Shown here in pieces: positions 17,011 to 26,003 of a stretch of 64,000 bases of DNA. A program made the translations under genes and the position numbers. The stretch is from Nannocystaceae bacterium ST9 (GTDB lineage Bacteria; Myxococcota_A; Polyangia; Nannocystales; Nannocystaceae), in assembly GCA_048320885.1 (NCBI GenBank), contig JBLWFJ010000001.1, positions 1,541,642-1,605,641 of the forward strand, in the 5' to 3' direction. The first letter of the stretch is position 1; each line of letters opens with the position of its first letter. The notes beneath the pieces were generated by a model that saw only the letters and a list, made by a program, of their open reading frames with translations, did no database searches and was not told the origin of the DNA.

Positions 17011-18699
17011 TCAACGCAGGCCCGCGAACTCGCTCGCGTCCTTGTACTTCGGCACGACCCCGCTCTTCGCGATCACCCGCACGATCGCTACCACCAACTG
17101 CGAGTCCTGCAGCGCCCCCTCGAACCCCCACGCCTCGTCGAATTGATCCGCGGGCGTATGGTAGCGCTCCTTCACGCCGGCCTCGATCAGCTCGCCGGCC
17201 TCGTGCCCGCCCTCGCGCATGTCCATCCCGCCGTGAAAGTAGAGCGCCGGGATCCCGACCAGCGCGAAGGGGAAGTGATCCGAGCGATAGAAGCTGCCGG
17301 CCTCGGGCTTCGAGTCGCCGACGACCTCGCGGCCCTGCGCCTCGGCCTGCTCGATCAGCACGTCCTCGAGCGTGCTCTGGCCCCAACCGACGACCTCGAC
17401 CTGCTTGGTCTCGCCGTACACGTTCATGCTGTCGAGGTTGATCACGCCAACGACGTTCTTGTACGGGATGGTCGGGTCGGCGACCCACGAGCGCGAGCCG
17501 AGCAGGCCCTGCTCTTCGGCGGTGGTCGCCAAGAACACGACCGAGCGATCGAGCGGCTGACCGGCGTCGGCTTGCCGGGCGAGCTCGGCCGCGATCCCGA
17601 GCATGCTGGCGATCCCGCTGGCGTTGTCGATCGCGCCGTTGTGGATCCCGTCCTTGCCCTCGGCGATCAGCTTGGGATCGGTGCCGAGGTGGTCCCAGTG
17701 CGCGGTCAAGATCACGGTCTGCTCGGGCTCACTCGCGCCCGGCAGTCGGCCGAGCACGTTGACGTCGTCGACGCGGCGCTCGGTCGTGACGATCTTGCCC
17801 TGCATGCGCAGCCGGGTCTTGATCGGCTTGAAGTTGGGCTTCAGCGCGAGCTCGTGCCACTCTTTCAGGCTCTTGCCGCCGCGCGAGGCGATCGTCTCGG
17901 CCGTGTCGGCGGTGATCCAACCTTGGATCGGCAACGCGGGCGCGGGCTCGCCCTCGGGGCCGAGCACGGTGAAGCGCTCGTTCGAGAAGCTGGTCTGCGG
18001 CACGTTCCAGCCGTACGAGGCCGGGGCCTCTTCGTGGATGACCAGGCAGCCGGCGGCCCCGGCCGCGAGCGCGGCCTCGTACTTGTAGCTCCAGCGGCCG
18101 TAGTAGGTCATCGCCTTGCCGGCGAAGCGACCGTCGTCGACCGGCGGATCACCGACGAACACCACGGCGATCTTGCCCTTCATGTCGAGCTTGCCGTAGT
18201 CGTTCCACTTCTGCTCGGGCGCGGTCACGCCGTAGCCGAGGAACACCAGCTCGGCGTCGATGGTCTGCTCGGTCCCGGCGGCGAAGCTGCTGCCGACCCA
18301 AGTCTTGCCGAAGGGCATGCTCATCGCCTGGCCCTGGCCGCTGCCGATCTCGACGTGGGTCGCGGCCTGGTCGACGGTCACGCCGCGCATGCGGACGGTC
18401 TGCGTCCAGCCGCCGTCGTCACCGGCGGGCTCGAGACCGATCGCCTGCATGGTCGCGACGATGTGCTCGACGGTCTTGCGCGCGCCCTCGCTGCCGGGCA
18501 GGCGTCCGCCGAATTCGTCGGTCGAGAGCAGGCGGGTGTGGTCGCGCAAGAACTCGATCGTCAGCGCGGGCGTGCCCGGCTCGGCCGGCGGCAAGTCGGG
18601 GGTGGTGTGCTTCGGCTCGGGCGGCGGCGTGGTGGTCGGCTGCGAGGGGCAGGCGGCGAGCAGCAGCGCGAGCGCGAGGGGCATGAAGCGAGGCGGCAT
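17011..18699 (-). CDS. M28 family aminopeptidase lipoprotein (PA domain containing)
   Basis: Only the C-terminal roughly 563 aa of ORF 17011..21015 are real. Start MPPRFMPLALALLLAACPSQ (lipobox) at 18699. M28 motifs HWDHLG and TAEEQGLLGS. Confidence 0.8.
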   Translation of the reverse strand: MPPRFMPLALALLLAACPSQPTTTPPPEPKHTTPDLPPAEPGTPALTIEFLRDHTRLLSTDEFGGRLPGSEGARKTVEHIVATMQAIGLEPAGDDGGWTQTVRMRGVTVDQAATHVEIGSGQGQAMSMPFGKTWVGSSFAAGTEQTIDAELVFLGYGVTAPEQKWNDYGKLDMKGKIAVVFVGDPPVDDGRFAGKAMTYYGRWSYKYEAALAAGAAGCLVIHEEAPASYGWNVPQTSFSNERFTVLGPEGEPAPALPIQGWITADTAETIASRGGKSLKEWHELALKPNFKPIKTRLRMQGKIVTTERRVDDVNVLGRLPGASEPEQTVILTAHWDHLGTDPKLIAEGKDGIHNGAIDNASGIASMLGIAAELARQADAGQPLDRSVVFLATTAEEQGLLGSRSWVADPTIPYKNVVGVINLDSMNVYGETKQVEVVGWGQSTLEDVLIEQAEAQGREVVGDSKPEAGSFYRSDHFPFALVGIPALYFHGGMDMREGGHEAGELIEAGVKERYHTPADQFDEAWGFEGALQDSQLVVAIVRVIAKSGVVPKYKDASEFAGLR

Positions 18700-18764
18700 C
18701 GGCTGCGACGACACCCCGGATCGCGGGCGCGAGCAAGCCCCATCGCTCGTCGGGATCCAGCCGC

Positions 18765-20618
18765 TCAGCTCATGCCCGTGAGCAGGCCGTCGGCGGTCCA
18801 GCGTCGCAGCCATCGCGCGACCGCGGCGGGCGTCGCCGCGTGGCCGGCCAGGCCCTCGGGATCGCTGGCCCCACAGGCCGCCATGCACAGCCCGAGGAAG
18901 TCGGCCCCGTCCTGCAAGGCCAGCAGCGTGCGGGCTTCGTTGGCCGGCAGGTCGCGGTGGAACACGGTCAGGCCCGAGCGCCAGATCAACACGTGGCTGG
19001 GCTCGACCGAACCAGGCCCGGATGGGCCGTGGGCCGGGTGCATGCGGCGGGCCTCGTCGATCGATCGACCCTCGCGACACAGCGACCACATCGGCGAGAA
19101 GGGCCGCGAGCAGGCGCGCACGCGCATCGCCGCGCTCGCGCGCAGGCGCAGCTCGGGCCAGCGATCGAGCGGCACGGCCTCGAACGCCGAGAGCGAGAGC
19201 ATCGGCGCGTCGGGCAGGTCGAGCAGCTCGACGCGATCGAGCTCGATCCGGGCGACCTCGATCAGCTCGGGATCGTCGATGCCCTCGGGGTGATCGGCGA
19301 GGTAGTCGGGGAAGGGCCGCGAGTAGTGGCGCAGGTCGGCGTCGTGCGAGGGGTTGTGCAGCACGTAGTCGGTCAGCAGGTTGTGGAAGCGGACATGGCC
19401 GAGCATCCACGCGACGGTCGGGAAGTGCTCCTCGAGCACGCCGGCCAGCCGCCAGTAGTAGTCGTTGGCGTAGATGTCCATGCGATCGAGGGCCGAGAAG
19501 CCCTCGCTGCAATCGAACGCCTCTTCGAAGGTCTGGCGCAGCTCGGGCGTCGCGGTGGCCAGGAAGTCGGCGACGCCGGTCGGGAAGCGGATCGCCTGCC
19601 AGAACAGATCCAAGTCGGTCGCCAACGCGTATGCGCCGGTTCGGCGAGTGGCGGCGCTCGCCGAGGCCAGCGCGTCGAGGTCGACCCGCGGCCGCTCGGG
19701 TGTCGGGGCCGGGCTGCGCGGGCGAGCGCCGAGCACCTCGTCGGCGATCGCGGCGGCCTTGCGCTGCTCGTCGCGCAGCTCCTCCCAGGCCGGGACGTCC
19801 TCGTCCCACTCGATCAGCGACGAGACCGGACCCCAGCGACGCAGCGCGTTGCGATAGAGCTCCCAGACCTCGTCGGGCACCGGGCCGAGGTGCGAGTCGA
19901 ATTTGTAGAGCCCGCGATCGGTGTGGTTGGCGAGGTGGAATTGCCAGACGCGCTCGCCCGGGATCGCGTCGAGGTAGTCGTCGGGATCCCAGCCATGGTT
20001 GCGCGCGCTGACGATCACGTTGTTGAGATCGAGCAGCAGCAGGCAGTCGGCCCGCTCGGCCAGCTGGGCCAGAAACTCCCACTCGCTCAGCTCGCTCGAT
20101 CGAAAGCCGACGTAGCTCGACACGTTCTCGATCAGGATCCGTCGACCGAGGATGTCCTGCACGCGAGCGACCCGCTCGATCACCGAGTCGAGCGCCTCTT
20201 CGGTGTAGGGCAGCGGCAGCAGGGCGTGGCTGTGCTCGCCTCGCCGAGTCGCCCAGCACAGGTGATCGGACACCCAGGCCGGCTCGATCCGATCGATCAG
20301 CGCCTGCAGGCGATCGAGGTAGCGACGATCGGGGGCGTCGAGCGAGCCGACCCCGAGCCCGACCCCGTGCAGCACGACCGGGAGGTCGCGGCGGATCGCG
20401 TCGAGCGTGGCGAGCGGGCGGCCGCCCTCGCCGAAGAAGTTCTCGCTGATCGCCTCGACCCAGTCGACGTCGAGGCCCTGCACGAGCGCGCGGGCGAAGT
20501 GGCGCGTACGCAGGCCGACCCCGTGACCGAGGAAGGGTCGCGCCCCCACGGCCGAGCCCGCAGGGCGCCCACGGCCGAAGGAAGCACCGCCGCGGTCGAG
20601 CTCGCGGTCTTCGGGCAT
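18765..20618 (-). CDS. Fused MNIO (DUF692, MbnB/BufB-like) - DUF2063 (BufC/HvfC-like) RiPP maturase
   Basis: N-terminal TIM-barrel DUF692 motifs ([31 protein letters not shown]). C-terminal half resembles DUF2063. Probable start MPEDRELD at 20618 (ORF to 20702). Confidence 0.75.
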   Translation of the reverse strand: MPEDRELDRGGASFGRGRPAGSAVGARPFLGHGVGLRTRHFARALVQGLDVDWVEAISENFFGEGGRPLATLDAIRRDLPVVLHGVGLGVGSLDAPDRRYLDRLQALIDRIEPAWVSDHLCWATRRGEHSHALLPLPYTEEALDSVIERVARVQDILGRRILIENVSSYVGFRSSELSEWEFLAQLAERADCLLLLDLNNVIVSARNHGWDPDDYLDAIPGERVWQFHLANHTDRGLYKFDSHLGPVPDEVWELYRNALRRWGPVSSLIEWDEDVPAWEELRDEQRKAAAIADEVLGARPRSPAPTPERPRVDLDALASASAATRRTGAYALATDLDLFWQAIRFPTGVADFLATATPELRQTFEEAFDCSEGFSALDRMDIYANDYYWRLAGVLEEHFPTVAWMLGHVRFHNLLTDYVLHNPSHDADLRHYSRPFPDYLADHPEGIDDPELIEVARIELDRVELLDLPDAPMLSLSAFEAVPLDRWPELRLRASAAMRVRACSRPFSPMWSLCREGRSIDEARRMHPAHGPSGPGSVEPSHVLIWRSGLTVFHRDLPANEARTLLALQDGADFLGLCMAACGASDPEGLAGHAATPAAVARWLRRWTADGLLTGMS

Positions 20619-20707
20619 CGGCCGGACGATACGCGATTCTCGAGGGCGACTGCACCGTCCCGCGTAACCTCGCGCTCGGGTCCGGCAATCTGCCCCGGAC
20701 AACCGCC

Positions 20708-21064
20708 ATGTCCAAGACCAGCACGCAGTTCATGTCCGCATTCGCCCTCTCGGCCGCCGCCCTCTTCCTCGGTGGGTGCAAGGAAAAGCCCGCCACGGTC
20801 GACCCCGAGTCCAATATCGACCCCGAAGGCGGGTCGACCGCGACCGGCGGCTCGACGGCGACGACCGACCCCGAGCTCGACCCGACCGAGCAGGTCAAGT
20901 GCTTCGGCATCAACGCGTGCTCGGGCCAGAGCGCCTGCAACGTCAACAAGCCCGAGCTGGGCATCGAGCACGCCTGCGCAGGCGAGAACGCGTGCGCAGG
21001 CAAGGGGTGGATCAAGGTGACCCGGCAGGAGTGCAGCGAGAAGAAGGGCGAGGAGCTGGGTTAG
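20708..21064 (+). CDS. DUF2282/bufferin-like Cys-rich precursor lipoprotein
   Basis: Signal plus lipobox AALFLGGC. Acidic Thr/Gly linker. Core [17 protein letters not shown]...[27 protein letters not shown] has 6 Cys in the DUF2282/BufA pattern. Transcribed divergently, 90 bp from the MNIO gene. Confidence 0.7.
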   Translation: MSKTSTQFMSAFALSAAALFLGGCKEKPATVDPESNIDPEGGSTATGGSTATTDPELDPTEQVKCFGINACSGQSACNVNKPELGIEHACAGENACAGKGWIKVTRQECSEKKGEELG

Positions 21065-21228
21065 GCAGGTCCATCCGAACGCGACCAAACAAGGCTTGCT
21101 GGAGGCAGATCTCGTGCGGTCGATCACGAAGTAGAAAGTCTTCCTGAAGGACGAAGCCCCTCGCTCGGCTGAAGGGCGGCCCAAAACGGTCGAGTCGAGC
21201 CGGCCCGCCCGGCGGTACACTCGCTAAG

Positions 21229-22905
21229 ATGTCGGAGGCGAACGGTGAACAGGTGACGGACATCGTCTTCCTGGCCACAGCTTGGGGTCCCCGCAGTGGG
21301 GGTATCAACGCGTTCAACATCGATCTGTGCACTGCCCTCGCTGGTCTCGCGCGAAGTGAGCAGGGCCGCGCTTTGCGTGTCGCCTGCATCGTCCCCTCGG
21401 CACCTTGGGGCAACGACGAGCGCCTCTTGGATGGTGCCCTTGTGATTCCGCTTGGGCATTCCCCCGAGCTCACCGAGCTTCCAGTCGCCCACACGGCCGA
21501 GGTCATCGCGCAGTTGGACCGGCATGGCCTCGCCGGGTCAGTAATCGTCGGCCACGACCTTCATACTGGTCCTGTGGCGTTGGCAGTGCGCGATGCCCTG
21601 CGTGCTCGTTCGATCATGGGCAGCCGCGCAGCGATCGTGGTGCACACCGACCCAGCGGCCTACAAGGGCTTCGAGGGTGGGTCTGACGAACGAACACAGG
21701 TCAAGGTCAACGAACAGCGCGAGATCGTCCGCGGTGCCGATCTCGTGTTTGCGGTTGGACCTCGGTTGGCTAACGTCGCGCGCGATCTGCTGCGAGGTTT
21801 GAGCACACACCCGGTCGAGTTAATCCCCGGACTTGCACCGATCGAACCGATCCAGGAGCCTTCCATGCGGTTCCATGCGATCACATTTGGGCGCCTCGAG
21901 CCGCGCGCAGACCGGGTCAAGCAAGGTCGACTTGCGCTTGCTGGCTTCGCCAATTTGGTCGGCCCTCGGGCCACTGACCTCGGCCACGACCCGGTCTTTC
22001 GCCTCGTAGGGGTAGAGGAGAGGGAGGCCAGCCAGTTCGCTACGCTCGCTTCCGAACAAGCTGGGCGACCAATCATGGTCTATGCGTTGCCTTTCAACGA
22101 TGATCGAACCCATTTGTGGAAGCAGCTCTCCGAGCACTCCGCTTCGCTGATGCTGTCTCTACACGAGGGCTTTGGCTTGACTGGTTGGGAGGCGGTCGCA
22201 GCTGGGGTCCCGCTGGTGCTCTCTACAAACACCGGACTCTACGATCACCTCGAGAGTCACGATGCCTTGGGGCGGAAGGCAACGGGATGCGTCTACCCTG
22301 TGACAATCCAGGGCTCACTGAACGGTGATTTCGACCAGCGAGATATCGAGTTGATCGGGGCGGCGTTGGCCGATGTGGCGCGGAACCCCACCAAGGCCAA
22401 GAAAGGGGCGCTCGATCTCCGGCGTATGTGCCTTGATGCTGGCTTCACATGGGCATCGACAGCATACGAGTTTGCGGAGGGATGTGGGTTGAGGCTTGGG
22501 AATCCACGTGGCGTGCCAACTCACGAGACGGATCGAGCACCGTATCAGCACCGCGACTCCACGAGCGAGGGGAACGACGCACTCGAGGAGCCTCAGACTG
22601 CGATCGAGGCTACGTCGCTGTACTCTCGTTCGACCGCCACAACGTCCCAGTTGCCCATGCCCCTCATCCATTGCCTGGCCGAGAACTACCCCGACGTTAC
22701 CACTGCGCGGGAGCTCTGGCGCCGTGCCGGCGGATCGGCGCGCGAGGTGGAGAATCTCAGTCGACCAGTCGATCTCTGGCAGCGATTGTGGCAACTAAGC
22801 GTGGCGGGCGCCCCCGTGCGACCCGTTGCTTTACTCCGTGCTGCGCTGGAAGATTTGCCGAACAATGAAATCCTCTTGACAGCTCTCCAGGAAGTGATTA
22901 GTTAA
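21229..22905 (+). CDS. GT4-like glycosyltransferase-fold protein with a C-terminal helical effector-associated-like module
   Basis: GT-B motifs (LHEGFGLTGWEAVAAGVPLVLS). The C-terminal roughly 70 aa (ARELWRRAGGSAREVENLSRPVDLWQRLW...LEDLPNNEILLTALQEV) is shared with the C-terminus of 25999..28405. Confidence 0.7.
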   Translation: MSEANGEQVTDIVFLATAWGPRSGGINAFNIDLCTALAGLARSEQGRALRVACIVPSAPWGNDERLLDGALVIPLGHSPELTELPVAHTAEVIAQLDRHGLAGSVIVGHDLHTGPVALAVRDALRARSIMGSRAAIVVHTDPAAYKGFEGGSDERTQVKVNEQREIVRGADLVFAVGPRLANVARDLLRGLSTHPVELIPGLAPIEPIQEPSMRFHAITFGRLEPRADRVKQGRLALAGFANLVGPRATDLGHDPVFRLVGVEEREASQFATLASEQAGRPIMVYALPFNDDRTHLWKQLSEHSASLMLSLHEGFGLTGWEAVAAGVPLVLSTNTGLYDHLESHDALGRKATGCVYPVTIQGSLNGDFDQRDIELIGAALADVARNPTKAKKGALDLRRMCLDAGFTWASTAYEFAEGCGLRLGNPRGVPTHETDRAPYQHRDSTSEGNDALEEPQTAIEATSLYSRSTATTSQLPMPLIHCLAENYPDVTTARELWRRAGGSAREVENLSRPVDLWQRLWQLSVAGAPVRPVALLRAALEDLPNNEILLTALQEVIS

Positions 22906-22917
22906 GCAGATGCGAAT

Positions 22918-24204
22918 ATGACCGACTTTCTACTGAAGCTCGTCAATCGAGGTTTTGTTCCAAAGCTGGAAGGCGACGATCTCAAGCTTGCGAAAATCCA
23001 GAAAGCGAGCAACGCACTCGCAGCGGAGTTCGCCCGGTCTCCACGCCGTCTGATCCGCGCGATACTGGCGGGCATCGAACCAGATGTATCAGATAAGGAT
23101 CCCGAGATCGTCGCGGCCGAGCAGGCTGTGCTTCAACAGTGGGGCACGATGCGGACGGTTCACACCGATTCACCGACCAATCTGCTGCGCGCGGTGCTAC
23201 TCGACGCGTGCTTTCAGGCTGCACAGGGTCCCCGGGCCGCCGTGGTGTGGCTCACAATCGTCGATCAGTTGCCCTTTGTGAGGCTGGGCGCGGAGGAGAC
23301 GACGGTGCGCAACCAACTGGATACGTTGGCCATTTCGGTTGAGAATCAGGCGCTCGCCGGGCTTGGCGGAGAGAAGCCAAAACAGGTTGGCTCGATCAAT
23401 ATCGGCCGGCCTAATCTAGCGGGAGCGCAAAATCTCACCGGCGGGGACATGGCTGCGCTGAGCGAGCGGGCCAAATCTGCCTTCCCGTTCACCCAACAAA
23501 GTGGGAATTGGCAACTTCTGGCCGACGCCGTCAACGTTTGGATGAACGCGTTCCCTGACCAACTGAGCGGCATGCTCGCCGCGCTACACAGGGGAATCGT
23601 TGAGAGCGTACAACTTGATCGTTCTCAACTCATCACGGCATTCGCCGACGCAACCGCTATCATCGAGAAAACCGTCAACGACCAGAGGGAATGGCTGTTT
23701 GCGGCACAGGCCGATTTTGAGGCTTCCTCCCGTATTCGACTGGAGGCGCTGTGGTGGGCGGAGGCTCTCTATTCTCCCTCGCTACAGATCAGCTACCGAC
23801 AAATCCCGTCGACATTAGCGACTTTCGTCATGGCGTTTGATCTCGCCGCGGTGGTAGGGGTCACGGCGCCCGCATCGGTCGGCTTCCTGCTCGCAGAGAC
23901 GATAGCGAAGCTGCCTTCCGCCGGGTTCGATGAAGCCCGACCGTTGGGGACCATCCTTGACGGATTGCGCGAGCATCGAGGCCGGCTTCCCGCCGCGTGG
24001 CTCGACCAACTCGAGTCTCCGACCGAGGGCAGCTTGAGCATTCGAGATCTGGCGGTATTGTCCCTCCGCGGTGACAGCATCCGTTACGAAAACGCCAAGA
24101 ATGAGTTCAGCTCGCGCTTCGAGAAAACCATGAACTTACCGGATTTCGGACATGCGATTCATCGCCAGGAACGGGCATGTCGGATCGTTCAGGAGTTGAA
24201 ATGA
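22918..24204 (+). CDS. All-helical hypothetical protein (GTPase-associated, GASH-like?)
   Basis: 428 aa, predicted helical, no known catalytic motif. 12-nt gap from the upstream gene and overlaps the downstream GTPase. Confidence 0.6.
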   Translation: MTDFLLKLVNRGFVPKLEGDDLKLAKIQKASNALAAEFARSPRRLIRAILAGIEPDVSDKDPEIVAAEQAVLQQWGTMRTVHTDSPTNLLRAVLLDACFQAAQGPRAAVVWLTIVDQLPFVRLGAEETTVRNQLDTLAISVENQALAGLGGEKPKQVGSINIGRPNLAGAQNLTGGDMAALSERAKSAFPFTQQSGNWQLLADAVNVWMNAFPDQLSGMLAALHRGIVESVQLDRSQLITAFADATAIIEKTVNDQREWLFAAQADFEASSRIRLEALWWAEALYSPSLQISYRQIPSTLATFVMAFDLAAVVGVTAPASVGFLLAETIAKLPSAGFDEARPLGTILDGLREHRGRLPAAWLDQLESPTEGSLSIRDLAVLSLRGDSIRYENAKNEFSSRFEKTMNLPDFGHAIHRQERACRIVQELK

Positions 24205-25160
24205 GCACCTTGAAGTGCAGTGAGGCCCGTTGTTACGTTCACGAGGGCCAGGGTTGCAGCCTGGGTAATCCAATTGACCAGTGCCCAAATCGGGCTGTGC
24301 CCGAGCACCGCGACGGTTCGTCTCCGCCGACCACGTCTGAAGACAGTGGGCGGGTGTGTTGGTCCGGGGCAGCCCTGGGCACGGACGACATCGCGTTGCT
24401 CACGATGCGTGCACGCTCGATCATCATTGGCGTTGTTGGGGCACACAACGCCGGCAAAACAACGCTCCTAACCGGCACCTACGTGATGGCCCAGCGCGGC
24501 GAACAAATCGCCAACGCACGTTTTGCTGGCTCGCGGAGCCTCGAGGCCTGGGAGTCTCTCGCCGCGTGGACGCGATTCGACGACGCCGCCCGCTTGCCAT
24601 CCTTTCCGCCCCACACCCCGCGGGGCTTTGGTCGAACGCCGGGCCTCTTGCATGTAGCACTCCGGGGCGCCAACGACGAACTGCGCGACGTCCTGCTCAC
24701 CGACGCCCCAGGTGAGTGGTTCATGCGCTGGGCGATGCAGCGAGACAGCCCCGAGTGTGAAGGAGCGCGTTGGACAGCCGAGAACGCGGATGGATTCCTG
24801 ATCGTCGCGGATTGCATGAATCTGTCAGGTGAGGAGCGAGGCATTGCTCGTGAGTCTACGCGCTCGCTCATCGACCGGATGGGCGATGTCGTCGACGGGC
24901 GACCGGTGACATTTGTGTGGGCCAAGGCTGAGCAGCATCCACCCACGGGTATTCGAAAGGCGATTGAGAATACTCTCGCACAACGGATCCCACATGCCAC
25001 CCAGGTCGAGAGCCGTCTTGATCAACCCGCCACACTGTGCTCGGCCGTTGGCGGAATCGTCAAGGCATGCTGGTGGCCTCCCTGCGGTAAGGTGAGCCGG
25101 GTGCCAGTCCTGTCATCGACACCTTTCGAAGCATTCCGGGGGCATCGTGACCAAGCCTGA
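24177..25160 (+). CDS. P-loop GTPase with N-terminal Cys-cluster (zinc-ribbon-like)
   Basis: Walker A IIGVVGAHNAGKTTLL, DxxG LLTDAPGEW, N-terminal CSEARC...CSLGNPIDQC. Confidence 0.7.
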   Translation: MSDRSGVEMSTLKCSEARCYVHEGQGCSLGNPIDQCPNRAVPEHRDGSSPPTTSEDSGRVCWSGAALGTDDIALLTMRARSIIIGVVGAHNAGKTTLLTGTYVMAQRGEQIANARFAGSRSLEAWESLAAWTRFDDAARLPSFPPHTPRGFGRTPGLLHVALRGANDELRDVLLTDAPGEWFMRWAMQRDSPECEGARWTAENADGFLIVADCMNLSGEERGIARESTRSLIDRMGDVVDGRPVTFVWAKAEQHPPTGIRKAIENTLAQRIPHATQVESRLDQPATLCSAVGGIVKACWWPPCGKVSRVPVLSSTPFEAFRGHRDQA

Positions 25161-26003
25161 ACTTGTGTTGTTGGGCGGCCACGACAGTGGGAAAACCCAC
25201 TACGCGGCACAGCTCTACGGACGATTGCGTCGCCGCCCAGGCGAGCTTCGTCTGCGGGAGTTGGCGGCACGCCTGCGGATCTCAGTGCCCTTGAGGAAGT
25301 CCTCATGTGTTTGGGAAGGGGTCGTGCGGCAGGGCATACCGCGACCAGTACATGGGCGGAGTTGAAACTGCCACTGGTCGACCGAATCGGGCGCGAACTC
25401 GACGTGACCTGGCCAGACTACGGTGGTGAACAGGTCCGGCAAATGTCACGGCTTCGCATGATTCCGCGCGAGTGGGTGGAGCGACTGACGCGGGCGGATG
25501 GCTGGGCTGTGCTAATCCGCCTGCAGAGCGAGAAACAATACTCGGACTCGCTCGAACACCTGACGGAGCGGCCCCATGCAAACGAACATTCGGATGAAGG
25601 GTCCGCCGACACCTTCGAATGGGACGCCAACGCGAAATGGGTTGAACTTCTGCAGATGCTACTGCACGTAGCGGGGCACGGGACCGTGCGGAGGCTGCTT
25701 CGCCCACGTTTGATCGTGTTGCTGTCGTGCTACGACGAAGTCGCTGTCGCCACCGACGAGACCCCCGCGGCAGTGCTGGAGCGCTGGCTCCCCTTATTGT
25801 CCGCCTTCATCAACTCGAACTGGTCTGCTGGCGCGGCAACTGTGTGGGGTATTTCCCCACTTGGAAAACCGCTTACGCCGGATTCCCGCGACACGGACTT
25901 CATCGATGACGGCCCCGAACTTCAGGGGTGGATCGTTCAACCCGACGGGAGTAAGTGCGACGATCTGAGTCTCCCGCTCGCGTGGTTGCTGGAGGCGACG
26001 TGA
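25147..26003 (+). pseudogene. Second, paralogous P-loop GTPase interrupted by a frameshift (ORFs 25147..25365 and 25305..26003)
   Basis: Walker A LLGGHDSGKTHY is in the first ORF; DxxG (TWPDYGGEQ) and the rest of the paralog are in a second frame overlapping 25305-25365. The alignment is parallel to GTPase 1 (DAPGEWFMRW vs DYGGEQVRQM). Confidence 0.55.

Noticed and set aside
17700-21015. N-terminal 770 aa of ORF 17011..21015, plus ORFs 16942..19293 and 18840..21020
   Set aside because: Only the C-terminal 563 aa (M28 peptidase) are protein-like. The rest overlaps the MNIO gene in another frame and is R/G/P/A-rich.
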